Shown here: in pieces, positions 63,531-64,000 of the stretch
How positions within the stretch are numbered: the stretch's first letter is position 1
How the letters are laid out: each line of letters opens with the position of its first letter
Origin: Octopus sinensis
Lineage: Eukaryota
Length of the DNA: 64,000 nt
NCBI RefSeq assembly: GCF_006345805.1
Contig: NW_021833827.1
Location: 1,932-65,931 of the forward strand
Reading direction: 5' to 3'
The notes under the pieces: model-generated
Database searches by the model: none
Told to the model about the DNA's origin: nothing
What the model saw: the letters and a program-made list of their open reading frames with translations, nothing else
Program-made: the position numbers and the translations under genes

Positions 63531-63725
63531 ATATTTTTACATACAAAATTTAAAGGACTGACCACTAAGAGTGGGCGGTCAACATGCTAGATATAGATGT
63601 CAAAATCTCTATTTTTTATTTGAGAACACATTCTTCGTGGAAAATAGAGATTTTGACGGCTATATCTAGCATGTTGACTGTCCACTTTTACTGGTCAGTC
63701 CTTTAAATTTTGTATGTAAAAATAT
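63531..63725. repeat. Fold-back element with ~85-bp arms and a 26-bp spacer
   Basis: 63531-63614 pairs with 63641-63725 with few mismatches; the left end abuts (TA)n. Confidence 0.8.
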
Positions 63726-63854
63726 TTTAATCTTCGGATTTTTTTAATATGCTAGGCCACTGGTTTTAATTGATTAATATCAATTTCTACCGTTATTCAA
63801 TTTTAAATTTATATATATAATGTATGTATTTTATATTTAGCAGAAGCAACCGGC

Positions 63855-63885
<31 letters not shown>

Positions 63886-64000
63886 TAAATATATATAAAT
63901 ATATATATATAATATATTATGGCCGTCTGCCAGCCTCGCCTTGCACCTGTGTCAGTGGCACATAAAAAAACCATCTGAGCGTGGCCGTCTGCCAGCCTCG

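Overview
Eukaryotic, AT-rich, repeat-dominated DNA. The SINE, LINE and microsatellite content recalls an octopus (cephalopod) genome; this is recognition from memory, not a search. No intact host protein-coding gene can be supported: almost all listed ORFs are translations of microsatellites, satellite monomers or SINEs. About 17.8-49.1 kb is one ~31-kb satellite array (~345 monomers of 87-91 bp). The monomer is a dimer of an older ~45-bp unit that survives, diverged and TE-interrupted, on both flanks, and the core has nested higher-order duplications. The two arms hold tRNA-derived SINEs (labelled A-E here), 3' fragments of RTE, CR1 and R4/Dong LINEs, a MITE, a Helitron-like element and long microsatellites. 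Most notable: (i) five unrelated minimal type I hammerhead-ribozyme (HHR) motifs with palindromic helix III in the first 13 kb. They look like Penelope-like pseudo-LTR remnants, and include a perfect 144-bp-arm palindrome carrying two opposed HHRs and a composite element joining a tRNA-derived Pol III head to an HHR-like tail. (ii) A 12-bp GATA-bearing minisatellite that appears to have arisen from the A-box region of a SINE. All folds and alignments were done by eye and coordinates of decayed repeats are approximate.
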